Part shown: piece after piece, positions 12,975 to 26,499 of the stretch
Layout of the letters: each line of letters opens with the position of its first letter
Numbering within the stretch: position 1 is the stretch's first letter
Assembly: GCA_002269645.1 (NCBI GenBank)
Contig: NIVC01003725.1
Coordinates: 16,484-80,483 of the forward strand
DNA length: 64,000 bases
Direction of reading: 5' to 3'
Origin: Macrostomum lignano
Taxonomy: Eukaryota
Program-made: the position numbers and the translations under genes
The notes under the pieces: generated by a model
Told to the model about the DNA's origin: nothing
Database searches by the model: none
Seen by the model: only the letters and a program-made list of their open reading frames with translations

Positions 12975-13295
12975 CTTCAGTAAAGTGCATCAGCTTGCAG
13001 CCGACCTTGCCCAGAGGCCAGGTGTGGTAGACGAGGTAGCAGACGGCGGCCGGCATGCAGACCAGAGTGACCAGCAGGTTGGACGCCGCGAGGCTGACCA
13101 TCAGCTTTGGCAGGCGCTGCCTCAGCTGCTTGTACCGCAGGCCCATAGCGATGAAGAGGCCGTTGGCGCCAAGCGACCACAGCATGGCTACTCCGTAGGC
13201 CGCGAACAGGATGTACTCTAGCGGGCCCAGCGGTCGCCGGTTCAGCAGGTCGATCACCTCCTGTGTATGCAGGAATTGCTTCTGTGCAGCAGAGG
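12975..13295 (-). CDS. Class A GPCR exon 2 (N-terminus, TM1, TM2, start of TM3)
   Basis: Acceptor TCTCTCATTCTTGCAG before 13295; donor GAAG|GTGAGG at 12974; translation ...EYILFAAYGVAMLWSLGANGLFI (TM1), LMVSLAASNLLVTLVCMP (TM2), TWPLGKVGCKLMHFTE (ECL1 W, C3.25). Confidence 0.9.
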
Positions 13296-13375
13296 CTGCA
13301 AGAATGAGAGAACTGTGATTAATTTGCTTTGAGCTCCATTCGTATTCAAAGCAGTCGAATCAGTCACAAGCTCAC

Positions 13376-13547
13376 CCATATTGCCGGTCACAACCAAGCG
13401 AAGCTCTTCAAGCTGCTGCCGTAACTGCCGCTCTGCGCGAATCTTAGAAAACCGGCCCAGCTTTTCTGTGTCTCCGGCTGTTTTTATTCTATATTGAGGC
13501 AGCGCACCCATCGCCCTCATAGCCCGCTCAGCCTCCCTCTCCGCCAT
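13376..13547 (-). CDS. Class A GPCR candidate exon 1 (start at ATG 13379, or at upstream in-frame ATG 13547)
   Basis: ATGG|GTGAGC donor at 13375; an 80-bp intron to 13296 gives in-frame MASAAQKQFLHTQEVIDL; exons 4+321+1397 nt = 574 codons. Confidence 0.55.
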
Positions 13548-14835
13548 CTCACTCCACTGGGATTCGCCCAATCCCCGACAGAGCTGATCGCTGCTTAATT
13601 ATTATTTTTGTGCCTTAATAATAGCCGGGTCCCCTCATCTCCATCCCAACTCCTCCCCCTCATCTGTCTGCCGCAGCCTCCTCCTCTTTTCTCCTCCTTC
13701 CCAATCCTGCTGTAGCAGATCGAGAAAGGCCACCTTCGTCACACCTTTCACTTCGCTTCATCCATGCAGCTGTGAGTGATGAAGCGGCTGCATGAGGGCT
13801 TAGGAAGCTTACTCGTAGATTATGTTTGCCATATTTTGCAAACGAACTTTTTCTAAGAAAATTTGCATTACAATTTTTGTCTGAAATTGAAATTTAGCTT
13901 ATCGAAATCTCAAGCACCGTCTGCCCTCATCTCTTGCGTCACAGGGCGCGCCTTAAAACCTGGGCGCCGGAGTCAGCCGACAGCAGCACCTCATGCAACG
14001 ACTGTAGGCGGTCTATCCAGCTCAGCCTTGCTTCATCATGTTTTATTGTGTTTTCTCTGTCATTGTGCTCAAGCCCGCCCCCTCCCTCAGCCAAATGAAC
14101 TGCCTGCCGAGCTGACACCGAAAAAAGACACGCCTCGCTGTCAGGGGGAATCTGGGGCAGGCAAAAACTGCTTATTGTTTCCGTCAGTCGCTTCATCCAG
14201 CATCTCTGCTGTATCAGTATAGAGAGCTGCTCACAGTTCGCTAGTCGCCCGCTGTGCTCTGACTCAGGCTGAATGGCTTTGAGCAGAAGCAGCAGCGAGG
14301 ACTCATTCACTCGGATTGAGTTTTTTGCCCTCGGCTTTTCCCATGACCAAGGGCTCGCTACGGGCCAGAAGCTCCCAGCATGATGAGGCAACCCAACCGA
14401 GATCTTCTTTGATCCGTGACCAGTTTCTGCAGCATTCTTTCTGCTTCGTCTGCGGCTAGCCGTGAAGCAAAAGATTTGCTCTCTGTTTGTCCCCAGATCG
14501 GGGGAGAGCTTTAATAACTAATTACTGCGCCCATGGTTGCTTGCTCTTGTAATACAAAAATAGCGTTTTTTAATCTTTTTAATGGAAAAAATTCCCTACT
14601 TTGAATACGCAATTTCGATCAAGCAATGATTTTAACTGTACACTGGCTCAGCTCACTGACTGGCGGGTTGCAAGACCAGTTGGGTCAGCACATTTGCCGT
14701 TAGCAGATTTTAGTTTCCAAGTTAAGCAGAGTTGACCGCGGTTAGTACGAAGCTGAATAGGCTGCTTGAATCGCTCCTCGAGACAGTCACCGAGAGCATT
14801 CTGCATTCAACCCTCACCAGCTTCATCCGATGTCG

Positions 14836-15361
14836 GGCCTCAATGTACACTGTTTCAGTCACTCTGCACTCCGTCTGGCCTCAATGTACACTGGTTCAGT
14901 CACTCTACATTCCGTCTGGCCTCAATGTACACTGGCTCAGTCACTCTGCACTCCGTCTGGCCTCAATGTACACTGGCTCAGTCACTCTGCACTCCGTCTG
15001 GCCTCAATGTACACTGGCTCAGTCACTCTACACTCCGTCTGGCCTCAATGTACACTGGCTCAGCCCCTCTACAATCCGTCTGGCCTCAATGTACACTGGC
15101 TCAGTCACTCTGCACTCCGTCTGGCCTCAATGAACACTGGCTCAGTCACTCTACACTCCGTCTGGCCTCAATGTACACTGGCTCAGTCACTCTACACTCC
15201 GTCTGGCCTCAATGTACACTGGCTCAGCCCCTCTACACTCCGTCTGGCCTCAATGTACACTGGCTCAGTCACTCTACACTCCGTCTGGCCTCAATGTACA
15301 CTGGCTCAGCCCCTCTACACTCCGTCTGGCCTCAATGTACACTGGCTCAGTCACTCTACAC
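14836..15361. repeat. 41-bp minisatellite, ~13 copies
   Basis: Unit CTCCGTCTGGCCTCAATGTACACTGGCTCAGTCACTCTACA; period 41 (14951 to 14992); a solo core TGTACACTGGCTCAG at ~14637. Confidence 0.95.
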
Positions 15362-16009
15362 TTAACCCGTTTGCAAATAAAAAAACTCACAGATCCTGAC
15401 TTCCCAAACATGAAAATAACATTGCATTCAAATTCTGAAGGGAATAATTACAGCCTATCGCTCGACTATGTGAAACACCTGCAAAAGCAATTTGCAAGTG
15501 TTTAGTCTAAAATTAGAAAAGCTGACGCTCGCGCAAAGGGCCATCAACATCACTAAACACCTGATTTTAAGGACACTTCTAGGGCAGGAGCGAGACAACA
15601 CAAGCAAGCAATAATTAGAAACTGGTCATCGAGTTCGCGTTTTGTTTTTCTAATCTTTAAAACAATCCCCAAATTCACTTTATCCCGCCCTGGTTTAAGT
15701 CCTTATTCACAGCTTTCTTACCTTAACTGCTCGAATTTTCTGACGTCAACTGATTACTGACCCGCAGCTCAGGGGTTAATTAGACAGTAGGGCGACAGAT
15801 GGCCGCCTACGGGCTCATCTGCCTACTGTTCTAAGTAGCGACAATGATTTATTAAGAACTAATCTACCGGCGCCTTTACGAGGCTAGACAGGGACGACTG
15901 GCTGGCAAGCTAACTGGCAAATTCAATTTATTTGAAGGTCCATCGAGATAGGAAATTTTCTGTTTTTTTCTTCTGAAATTATGCCACTCCAGCCTATTAG
16001 GAAATTAGG

Positions 16010-16127
16010 CCATTGGGCAATAATTTCACTAAATAGGCCAATAATTTTACTGAATTATCCAATAATTTCACTAAATAGGCCAATAATTTCACTAAATAGG
16101 CCAATAATTTCACTAAATAGGCCAAAT
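16010..16127. repeat. 21-bp AT-rich minisatellite, ~5 copies
   Basis: Unit AATAATTTCACTAAATAGGCC. Confidence 0.85.
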
Positions 16128-17049
16128 AATTAGTCCAAAGGGAGCGCCCAAAATGGCCTTCTAGGATTTCTGGGTGACCCCCGGATACGAACCTGTACCC
16201 TTTCTGCAACTTTAAAAAAGAAACGTCGATCGCTTCCAGCTTCACCCTGCAGCAAAGTGAAGTATACAAGTCAAAGAGACGCGATGAAAGAAAGATAAGA
16301 AGGCTCACTCGAAAATCTTCATCTAATCGAATATATAAAGAGCCAAGTATAGAAATATGACAACCGTCAAGGTCAGAGGCTGGGGAGAGGAGCAACAAAG
16401 CTGCTGCTACGGCTGCTGGTCTCCTGGGAAAAGACGGACCCTGCGGAAGAGCCCATTCGCATTTAGAGCCGGGGCTGAGCCATCCCATGAAAGCCTGCAT
16501 GCTGTGAGGCAGAGGCAAAACACAGACAACAAAACAAGGTGCTTCTCCTTGCTCAGCCTCTGATACTCTACTTGTCCTCCATCTCTCGCTCTGCTTTTCC
16601 CCACCAACCCGTCCGCCCCCCCCCCCCCCCCCCGAACTCCCCAGCGGGAAAGACGCATCCCCCACACTCCTCTCCTCAGCTCAGGCACGCACAGAGATGA
16701 TACACAAAGCAGGCAGGGGGGGGGCTTGCATGGGGAAACAGCTTACAAGCACAAAAGGCAGTTTTATATGGCATTAGCGCAGAGGCTTCCATGCTCTCTG
16801 TATACTCTCTACCAGAGGCTGGCTTTTCTTGTGAAGCTGCGTCTCCCGTGTCTCCAAGCCATTCAAGTCACGATACTGGGCATGCAGTCAATATTTTCAA
16901 CCTGATCTCAATTGTCTCGAAGCTGAGGCTACGAAGCTGAGATCTGCTTACGCGTCTTTGAGTCTCCAACTTTGAATATGAGCTGGAATCAATTCATTGC
17001 ATACATGGTATTGTCCATGCTATTGATGGCAGTAAATATGCTCAGACGG

Positions 17050-18190
<1,141 letters not shown>

Positions 18191-18320
18191 TTTCAATTAT
18201 AAGATGTGCCTGGTGTGAAAGCTGAAAGCTGAGTTGTCAGGGAAATTGATGCAGCAATTTATTAGTAAATTATTCCTGAGTGCCGGATTTCCTGTTCTCT
18301 ATTTCTCTATTCTTTGCCAG

Positions 18321-18500
18321 CTCTCTGCTTCCCCTTCACACCCACTTTAACCATGGCTGGCTTGCCTGCTGCTGCGCTTTCAAAGATGGACTTTGAGCCC
18401 CCACTCAGTGTGGCCGGCCGCTTCCCACTCCTCACTCCCTGCTCCGGCGCGGCCGCCCACTCGGCTGTCATTCGCTGGCTCAGCGTCCGCGTCCCCACCT
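18321..18500 (+). CDS. Candidate upstream exon of the FN3-TM gene
   Basis: Acceptor TTCTTTGCCAG at 18320, donor CACCT|GTAAGT at 18501; phase 1 fits the 19950 exon; ATG at 18353; no clear signal peptide. Confidence 0.35.
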
Positions 18501-18784
18501 GTAAGTCAGAATTTGAAATTGCAGTGAGCAAACAACTGCCTAGCGGTCCGCAGGCCATCCTCACAAGATTGAGTCAACTCCGATGGGACAGGCTCCAGAG
18601 CACTAGCGACAGAGTCCGCTGACGGGGATGCCGAGCATCTGGCTACCCATCGGCTGCCTGGCTCTGCTTGGTGAGTTGCTTGTTATGCATACCAACCAAA
18701 ATTCAGTGATAAATGACGCATTTTCTGAGCGTAAAAAAGGTGATAGAAGACCTGCGATGAGACAGCCATAAAGACAAAAACAAA

Positions 18785-18965
18785 GACACGTATACACACA
18801 GGCACACAGACACACAGGCACACAGACACACAGGCACACAGACACACAGGCACACAGACACACAGGCACAAAATTGCACAGGCACAAAATTGCACAGGCA
18901 CACAGACACAAACACACAGTCACACAAACACACAAACACAGACACACAGACACAGACACACAAGC
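18785..18965. repeat. CA-rich compound microsatellite
   Basis: CACAGACA / CACAGGCA units. Confidence 0.85.
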
Positions 18966-19949
18966 ACAGCCACACTGTCAGAAGCTCCATCGCGGTGCCC
19001 CAGCATGGCAGCTGATGAAGCCGTGAACTAAGGTGAAGGGAAGGCAAATCCGCCTCAGGGCAAGCCAGCACGGGATTCAGGCGGAACTGAATTGTGAGAA
19101 GCCGCCGAAACGCACAAAACACTGCTTGAGTAGCGAGATTTGTCTTTGTGCATCATCTGCATCCGCAGGCATTCAGCATCCGCAATCTCCAATCCCTCAT
19201 CTCAGTTCTGCCTCTCGTTGCTTCCCAAATCCCGCACTACTCAGCGCACTCAGCTCCCGGTTCGGGCTGCAATCAATAGAAGCAGTTTGCTCGCGCCCCG
19301 CAATTCAGAGGGGGGGGGGAGTACTCAGGCACTCAGCTCACAGTCAGATTGATTCCCGGTTGCCGTCATATTACGGGAGGAGAGACTGCGACAAGTTCAT
19401 GAGCGAGTTTATGAGTGAGCATATGAGTGAAGTCATAATTTGATGTCTGAGTCTTTGAGTGAACTGATGAATGAGAATATTGATTTTTGGCATGCTCGCA
19501 GAAGTCCTTGCAAATTTCAAGTATTTCTAGCATTTCTTTTTCCGTATAGTTTACTAACAGTAGACAATAGTGTTTGCGCGAATCAGTCAGGCTGATGTGT
19601 ACTGATCCTGATATCTCACAGCAATGTACGCCTGGGTCTGCTTCCTTTTGCTTTCAGCTCGCGATGCTTTTCTGACTTGTACCTGAAAAAAATCAAACTA
19701 ATTATTTTATCCACAAGTAATGAAATGTAAAGCATTAGTGAAGTTTACAAAGGAACTCAAATGTAGTTATCAATTTCTTTACTTTAGCATTTTCAGCTCT
19801 AAATTATTCTATTTAAATCTGCTTCTCAGATTCTCAGCTTCATCAGCTGAACTAGTCAGAGAGCCAGTCAACGCCTGACCAATGAGACTCACACAGAGCT
19901 TTTCTGCAGCTTCCCCCATCCCCTCCGTTATCTTCATCACCCCTGGCAG

Positions 19950-20390
19950 CTGTGCCGCTAGCAGCTGCAGACACGGCAGCGGAGGCCAAGCCTGAGCCAC
20001 TGTTCGCTGTCCCGTCCCAGACTTGCCAGCACCGGCTAAAGCTTCGAGTCCGGGCCGCGCCAGCCCCGGGATCCGCCGCGCTACTCCAGTGGGAGCCGCT
20101 GCCTCCGCCAGCGCGGCGCTTCTGCCGCGAGCTCGAGCTGCGACTGTTCGACTCAACTGGGCCGCCGGCTGGCCACCTAAGCTTCCGCGGCGTCTGGCAT
20201 CTCAGCTGCTCGGCCAACGGGCACCGCGTGGACGACCTCCGACCGGAAGCGGTCTACCGGGCCTCCGTCTCTGTGCTCCAGGAGCCGTCGGGCCTCTTCT
20301 GCCGCTGGCCGGAGTCGCTGGTCTTCAGCGTCTGGAATCTCAGCGCCGCTGTCGCTGCCGAGGACATGGCGGCCAAGGCAAACCTGACCG
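19950..20390 (+). CDS. Fibronectin type III domain exon of a single-pass membrane protein
   Basis: AALLQWEP and VDDLRPEAVYRASVSV match the FN3 W and L-x-P-x-x-x-Y pattern; GC-rich codons; acceptor CCTGGCAG at 19949; donor ACCG|GTGTGA at 20391 (phase 1, weak). Confidence 0.75.
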
Positions 20391-20436
20391 GTGTGAACTC
20401 CAGTGAGCACAAATGCACTTTTGGGGGCTGGCGATA

Positions 20437-21022
20437 GACAGATGGCAGTGGAGACAGATGGCAGTGGAGACAGATGGCTTTTGGAGACAGATGGCAGTGG
20501 AGACAGATGGCAATGGAGACAGATGGCAGTGGAGACAGATGGCAGTGGAGACAGATGGCTTTTGGAGAAAGATGGCAGTGGAGACAGATGGCAGTGGAGA
20601 CAGATGGCAATGGAGACAGATGGCAGCTGAGACAGATGGCAGTGGAGACAGATGGCAGTGGAGACAGATGGCAGTGGAGACAGATGGCAGTGGAGACAGA
20701 TGGCAGCTGAGACAGATGGCAGTGGAGACAGATGGCAGTGGAGACAGATGGCAGTGGAGACAGATGGCAATGGAGACAGATGGCAGTGGTGACAGATGGC
20801 AGTGGAGACAGATGGCAATGGAGACAGATGGCAGTGGTGACAGATGGCAGTGGAGACAGATGGCAGTGGAGACAGATGGCAGCTGAGACAGATGGCAGTG
20901 GAGACAGATGGCAGTGGAGACAGATGGCAGTGGAGACAGATGGCAATGGAGACAGATGGCAGTGGAGACAGATGGCAGTGGAGACAGATGGCAATGGAGA
21001 CAGATGGCAGTGGTGACAGATG
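20437..21022. repeat. 16-bp minisatellite (GGAGACAGATGGCAGT)n, ~36 copies
   Basis: Period 16 (20641 to 20657); in the intron after the FN3 exon. Confidence 0.95.
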
Positions 21023-21562
21023 GCACCGGCAATAGCGAGGCAAAAAGCAACAATTTTGGCCCAAGAAGCAATGGAGGTGGCCCAGCCACTGAAGGCGGAG
21101 CCTGATGTTCCGTGTGCTTGAATAAAAAAATTTGCGTATAAAAAAATGCAGAGAAGAAGGCGGAAATCGATCCTTTGAGTTGCATGCCGACTGTCGACCG
21201 ACATCTGTTGGGCTTCATCGGCTTCCCACTGCGGAGGCTGGGGAGGGGGAGGCGACAGGCCTCATCCGAGCTGCTCGATGGCAGTTATCAAAATAGGAAT
21301 TGAGACGCTGGGATGAGGCCGGGGAGACTGGGATCTGGGCTCGCATGCATAGTCAACCAGCTCATATTGCTACTCAGCTTTTTGACTGGATTAAAGTAGA
21401 AAACATCAGTTAATTTCCTCTGCCGGCAAGAGCCCGCGCGTGTAAATCCGGTTCGCATGGCGTTCAGCCCCAACCTCCCAGCCGGCCCGGGCTGCCTGGA
21501 GGCATAGAGAGAAAAATAATGAGATGGGAAACCGGCCAGACACCGGACAGGCTCGGACAGGC

Positions 21563-21610
21563 CTATAAATGGCCGGCCCAATGGGCGTGGCTGAAGCTTT
21601 TGGGCGTGGC
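21563..21610. promoter_or_regulatory. Compact promoter-like motif cluster (TATAAA, CCAAT, two GGGCGTGG GC boxes)
   Basis: TATAAA 21564, CCAAT 21578, GGGCGTGG 21583 and 21602; motif match only. Confidence 0.3.
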
Positions 21611-22230
21611 CGGATTGTGGCTGCCAGCCTGGAAAAAAATTAATCCCAGGAAGAAAGGAGAGTAGCTTTATGATTGTCCATTACGAGCTGAGATCAGGTG
21701 GTTCGGTAAGCGAGGGAAGCTAAATCCGTGCTCAGAAGCTGCAGCAGCTGAATTGCGCAATCATTAGCAGTACACCAAGGGGGCGGAATGGAATAGGGTG
21801 TCCATAGTCACCTGGTGCCATCTGTTGAAGGTCCAGAAGCTCCACCTGGCTGAAGGCCGGTGACCAACGAAGTCAGATCTGATGCCGACACGTGGTCAAC
21901 GTGCTGATGAAATTTGGAGCACAAGGGTGTAATGAATACACTAGCAGCGCTTATGGCAGAATCGTTGAATATCTCGACGGTTCGGAGAGCTGGCGGCTTG
22001 ATTCTTGTTTGAGAAGTTGCGCAACGGAAATTTAGCTTATGTTCGGGAATTTCGTGTGCCTGCGTTGCTCAATAACTGATCCCCGTTTTACCCACTCACC
22101 CATCATTCAAAGCAGACTACTGTTAGTAGCTTTAAAGTTTTTTAATAGAATTTTCGCAAAATAATAAAAACTGAAGTTTCAACATAGGGCGTATTTAAAC
22201 ATGCATAAATAATCATATTTACAACCACAG

Positions 22231-23339
22231 CCCCGACCGCCGCTCCGGCCAAGTACTCGCCGCCCCGCTGGACGGTGTCCGACGCGCTCATCTTCCTGCT
22301 GGTGCTGGGCGCCTGGGCCGCCGCGGTGGCCGTCTTCCTGCACAAGCTGGGCAGCCTGCGCCTGTCGCGCGGCAGCCGATCCGACAGAGCCCGGCACCTG
22401 CGTCCGAAGAATCTGGACAAAGTGCAGGTGTGCGCTGAGTCCAGCGGCACTGTGATCTACAGGGAGTACGCGCGAGGCTCTCGGATGTCCATCTGCCTGG
22501 AGGAGCGCCAAGCACGACTCGCCTGCCTGCAGCGCCGCTTCGCCGAGGAGCGCGCCCTCGAGGCCATCGACGAGCAGGCGAGCGCGGTGGCAACGACGAC
22601 GGGAGTTGAAGAATCCGAAGAGCCGCCCAATGGCGACCGGTGCGGGCTGCGGCCGCTGCACTGGCTCCGCTGGCACCCGCAGCAGCAGCAGCAGACTCTG
22701 GACGCCATCAGCCTGCGCCGTCTGCCAACCTACGCAGTGACTTCTGCTGGTGGAGTCAACCTGCAGGTGCTGCCGTCTGCCGCAGCCAGCCAGCACCTGC
22801 TGCATCCGGCCTCCGCTGCCGCCACCGCGTTCAACCCGACAACTGTCGGCGTCAACGGGAAGGATGCTACTGCCGTCACTGCCGCCACAGCTGCCACCGT
22901 CAGCGTCATCTCGTCTGGTCGGCTGGCGTCCTCGACAAAGGAGCCAAATAAATATGCTAAGAGGCAGCGGGCGGAGCAGCAGGCAGAGCAGCAGACGGAG
23001 CAGCAAGCGGAGCAGCAGGTGGAGCAGCAGGCGGAGCAGCAGGCGGAGCAGCAGGCGGAGCAGCAGGCGGAGCAGCAGGCGGAGCGGCAGGAGGAGCAGC
23101 AGGCGGAGCAGCAGACGGAGCAGCAGGCGGAGCAGCAGGCGGAGCGGCAGGAGGAGCAGCAGGCGGAGCGGCAGGAAGAGCACAGATCAAAAGCGCCGCT
23201 AATCCGGCAGTTCAGCGAGTCGGCTGTGAGCAACGGTGCCGGGAGCGACTTGGCGGCCGATCGGCCGACCCGACTGGCGAGTCTGGGCAGCTCCATCAAG
23301 TCCGAGCCGGAACGGGCCGTCAACTCTACGGACGTTTGA
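22231..23339 (+). CDS. Terminal exon of the FN3 + TM protein (FNDC4/FNDC5-like TM; cytoplasmic tail ending STDV)
   Basis: Acceptor CAACCACAG at 22230, phase 1; TM DALIFLLVLGAWAAAVAVFL; open to TGA 23339; AATAAA at 23527. Confidence 0.8.
22968..23175 (+). repeat. In-frame 12-bp coding repeat (GAGCAGCAGGCG) encoding ~17 EQQA-type units
   Basis: Lies inside the 22231-23339 ORF without breaking frame. Confidence 0.9.
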
Positions 23340-23759
23340 CTTGCACGATTCTTTGCACTCGCGCGGAAATTGTACAATGAGTGGACATGCAACTCACCTC
23401 TCTGTTGTATCGATTCGATATTTTTATTGTCCTCTTTAACTACTATTGCGAATCGACAGTTAAAAAGTCACGTGACTCAATGTGTTGTTGCTCTGAAAAA
23501 TATTCGTTCCATCTACTGCGCTATTTAATAAACATTCTAAAGCTACAGATACTACTAAAATAAGTAGTAAATGCCACTCGACTTCAGGGGTTCAACAAAA
23601 GTTCAGGGGCCTGATTGAGCAGCTTCTAATGCTGATGAATTTGCTCAGTGCATAAAATTATTTCGCTGCTACAATTAAGCGATTTGCTCGTGTTCTCGAG
23701 TTTTTTAATTACGAGTCGTACATATGTCGAATTATTGGTGATAAAGAGTAAAGCTTCGC

Positions 23760-24400
23760 CAACAGCCCCCCCCCCAACAGCCGCCCACTAACAACCCCCT
23801 CCAACAACCCCTACCAACAGCCCCCCACTAGCAACCCCTCCAACAGCCCCCTACCAACAGCCCCCCAACAACAGGCCCCACTAACAACCCCTTCCAAGTT
23901 CTCCAACAGCCCCCCACTTACAACCCCCTCCAACAGCCCCCTACCAACAGGCCCCCACTAACAACCCCCTCCAACAGCCCCCCACTAACACCCACTAACA
24001 ACCACCTCCAATAGCCCCCTCCAACAGCCCCCACTAACAACCCCCTCCAACAGCCCCCCACTAACACCCACTAACAACCCCCTCCAACAGCCCCTACCAA
24101 CAGCCCCCCACTAACAACCCCCTCCAACAGCCCCCTACCAACAGGCCCCCACTAACAACCCCCTCCAACAGCCCCCACTAACACCCACTAACAACCCCCT
24201 CCAATAGCCCCCTCCAACAGCCCCCACTAACAACCCCCTCCAACAGCCCCCTACCAACAGCGCCACACAAACAGCCTCCACCAACATCCCCCACTAACAA
24301 CCCCTACCAGCAGTCCCACACTAACAACCCCCTCCAACAGCCCCTACAAACAGCCCCCACGAACAACCTCCACGAACAACCCCCACGTACAACCACCACA
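23760..24400. repeat. C/A-rich compound minisatellite (CAACAGCCCCC / CACTAACAACCCCCTC)
   Basis: Direct reading; G-runs on the minus strand. Confidence 0.9.
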
Positions 24401-25353
24401 AGCAGCCCACCATGAAAACTGCTCCTCAAACGGAGTCCAAAGTTTCATCACGACTCTCGCCGTCAGAACTCGCAAACTGTTTGAGTCGCTGGTGATTATT
24501 TAGCCTTATCCCAACTGAAACTACCTGGCATAAAATTTAAAAATAGTTTAAATTTCAAAAAACCCAAGAAAAACGAAGTCTAACCCGGACCCTGCACGAT
24601 TGACCTCTCCGGCTCAGGACACGCTGCTGCTTGAACCCTCCGAGACCTCCCCCGCGGCCCTCCAGAGAAAGTCTAAAGGTGCCCAGACAGATTTGACGGC
24701 CGCACTGTCTCCCGCTCCCCTCTGCCCCGGCAGCACTACTCAGCACCCTGACAAAAGTGGCTCTGAGAGGCTCGGGCCGCAGCTGCTTGGCCTGTCGGAC
24801 CTTTTGCAGAGTTTGCTCAGTTGTCTCTGCCGACTGGAGTTGCCGATGACTCACCGCGGGGCTGCCGCTGTTCCTCTTCGAGACTGTTGCTGTCCGCCTG
24901 TCAGATCTCCACTCCCCCCTCTCCCCATTCACACTCGCCGAAGCCGGTCCTCTCAGCCACAATTATTAAGCCATGAAACTGGCCGCAGTGGCCAGTCTGT
25001 GAATTGAGGAGCGACAGGGGCTGTGGAGTAGCCAGGAGGGGGGACTCCAGTGAGTGGCGTGGCTCTTGTTGAGTCCTTATCGCCCGGCCCCCCCCCCCCG
25101 AAACCCGGGGCGTTGGGAGAATAAAAACACTGAAAAGTGCAACATGGAATATAACTGCACACTCCAGGGCTCCGGTGTGAGTGGAGAGGCAAATGAAATT
25201 CAATTCTTAGGTGATGAAAAGATTGGCAGTCTCATGGGACATTGTTGCACTAAAGCTGAAATTATTTAGTAGTGATAAACTCTTTTTTGGTTAATTAAAT
25301 GCAATAATTGCCACAGATCCCCTTCTTCATCTCCTTCTTTTCCGATTGATTTC

Positions 25354-26499
25354 CAAGGACTACTTAACCACTCAGGACGTTACACTTGCGAATGGTAGAA
25401 ATTCTAGAAAAGGCCGCTTGCTCCGCTGTGTCCATGGCAATGAAGCCTTTTCACTAACAAACTCTCATACTCTCAGTGCAAGGTTTAAGCAAAGTGATGC
25501 AACAATTTTTGTTTTTCATCCAAAGTCTTACGAGCGTATCACACGTTCTTTTTGTTCAAAATACCAATGAATGCTGCGTCCCAGGATGCAGAAGCAATTA
25601 TAAAAGCGGCGAAAAATGCACTGTTTTCGGCTTTCCAAAGGAAGAAGCTGAAGCTGAGGCATGGCTCAATGCGTTGCCTGTGCAAGTTAAGGTAATTCAT
25701 GTAACTTTTGACCCTGTAATTTCTCGTCCCTACTATAAAGATACGCGAGTGACTGTATTGCGGTGATTATTCAATTTTATCTGTAGAAGGCTAGCATCTA
25801 CATGGGAGTTGGGTTTTCAGCACAGGCTGCAGCGCAGTCAACTGAAATCAATTTTCAACAGGACGCGCAGCTATGAAATCTCTGCAAGCCCTGCAGCTCA
25901 TTCCCACATAGCTGCGCTTCAGTCGATCTGTCTACCGGTAAAACCATCTGATCCACGTCAGCAATTTCTTCTAGGCGATTCTGGGCAGCGTTGTATTGAC
26001 AGTTCCGTGCTTGTTTGAGAAAATATTCGAAAAAAATTGTGTGTGCGAGTGTCTCGAAGGCTGGCCAACTCCATCTATAGAGGAATCCGAGACTTAGAGA
26101 TACCTAGAGAGAATCCGAGACTTCAGGCAATCAACCACCGCTTGCTCTCGCCGACTTCGCAAACTGAAACCTAGTTGAATGTCTCTTTTAAACATCTTTA
26201 TGTTCATCTGGATCTATTTTGCCTTATACAGTTGTATACAGAGTTCCATCAGTTGCATATCCTACTCTTTAATTGTAATGTACTTCTTGTACCGACTATA
26301 TTGTATTTATTAATTATATATTCGTAAAAATAAAATATATAGCGAACAGTTTATGAGCACCTATCACTAGATAGTTTAGCACTTGCTTCTTTATCGAAAA
26401 GGCTTATTGAAAAGCCATAGAAACAGCTAAAGCAAGCGGCCTTTTCTAGAATTTCTACCAATCGCGAGTGTAACGTCCTGAGTTGTTTAGTAGTCCTTG
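25354..26499 (+). mobile_element. Non-autonomous P-element-superfamily DNA transposon (1,146 bp)
   Basis: 69-bp TIRs (25354-25422 and 26431-26499, 65/69 identical, CAAGG...CCTTG ends); perfect 8-bp TSD TTGATTTC (25346-25353 and 26500-26507); internal THAP-domain fragment. Confidence 0.9.
25560..25691 (+). pseudogene. THAP zinc-finger N-terminal fragment (transposase relic)
   Basis: ECCVPGCRSNYKSGEKCTVFGFPKEEAEAEAWLNALP matches C-x4-C...F-x-FP...W of THAP; the expected adjacent ATG is missing; donor AAG|GTAATT at 25692; the downstream C..H ligands were not found. Confidence 0.8.
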
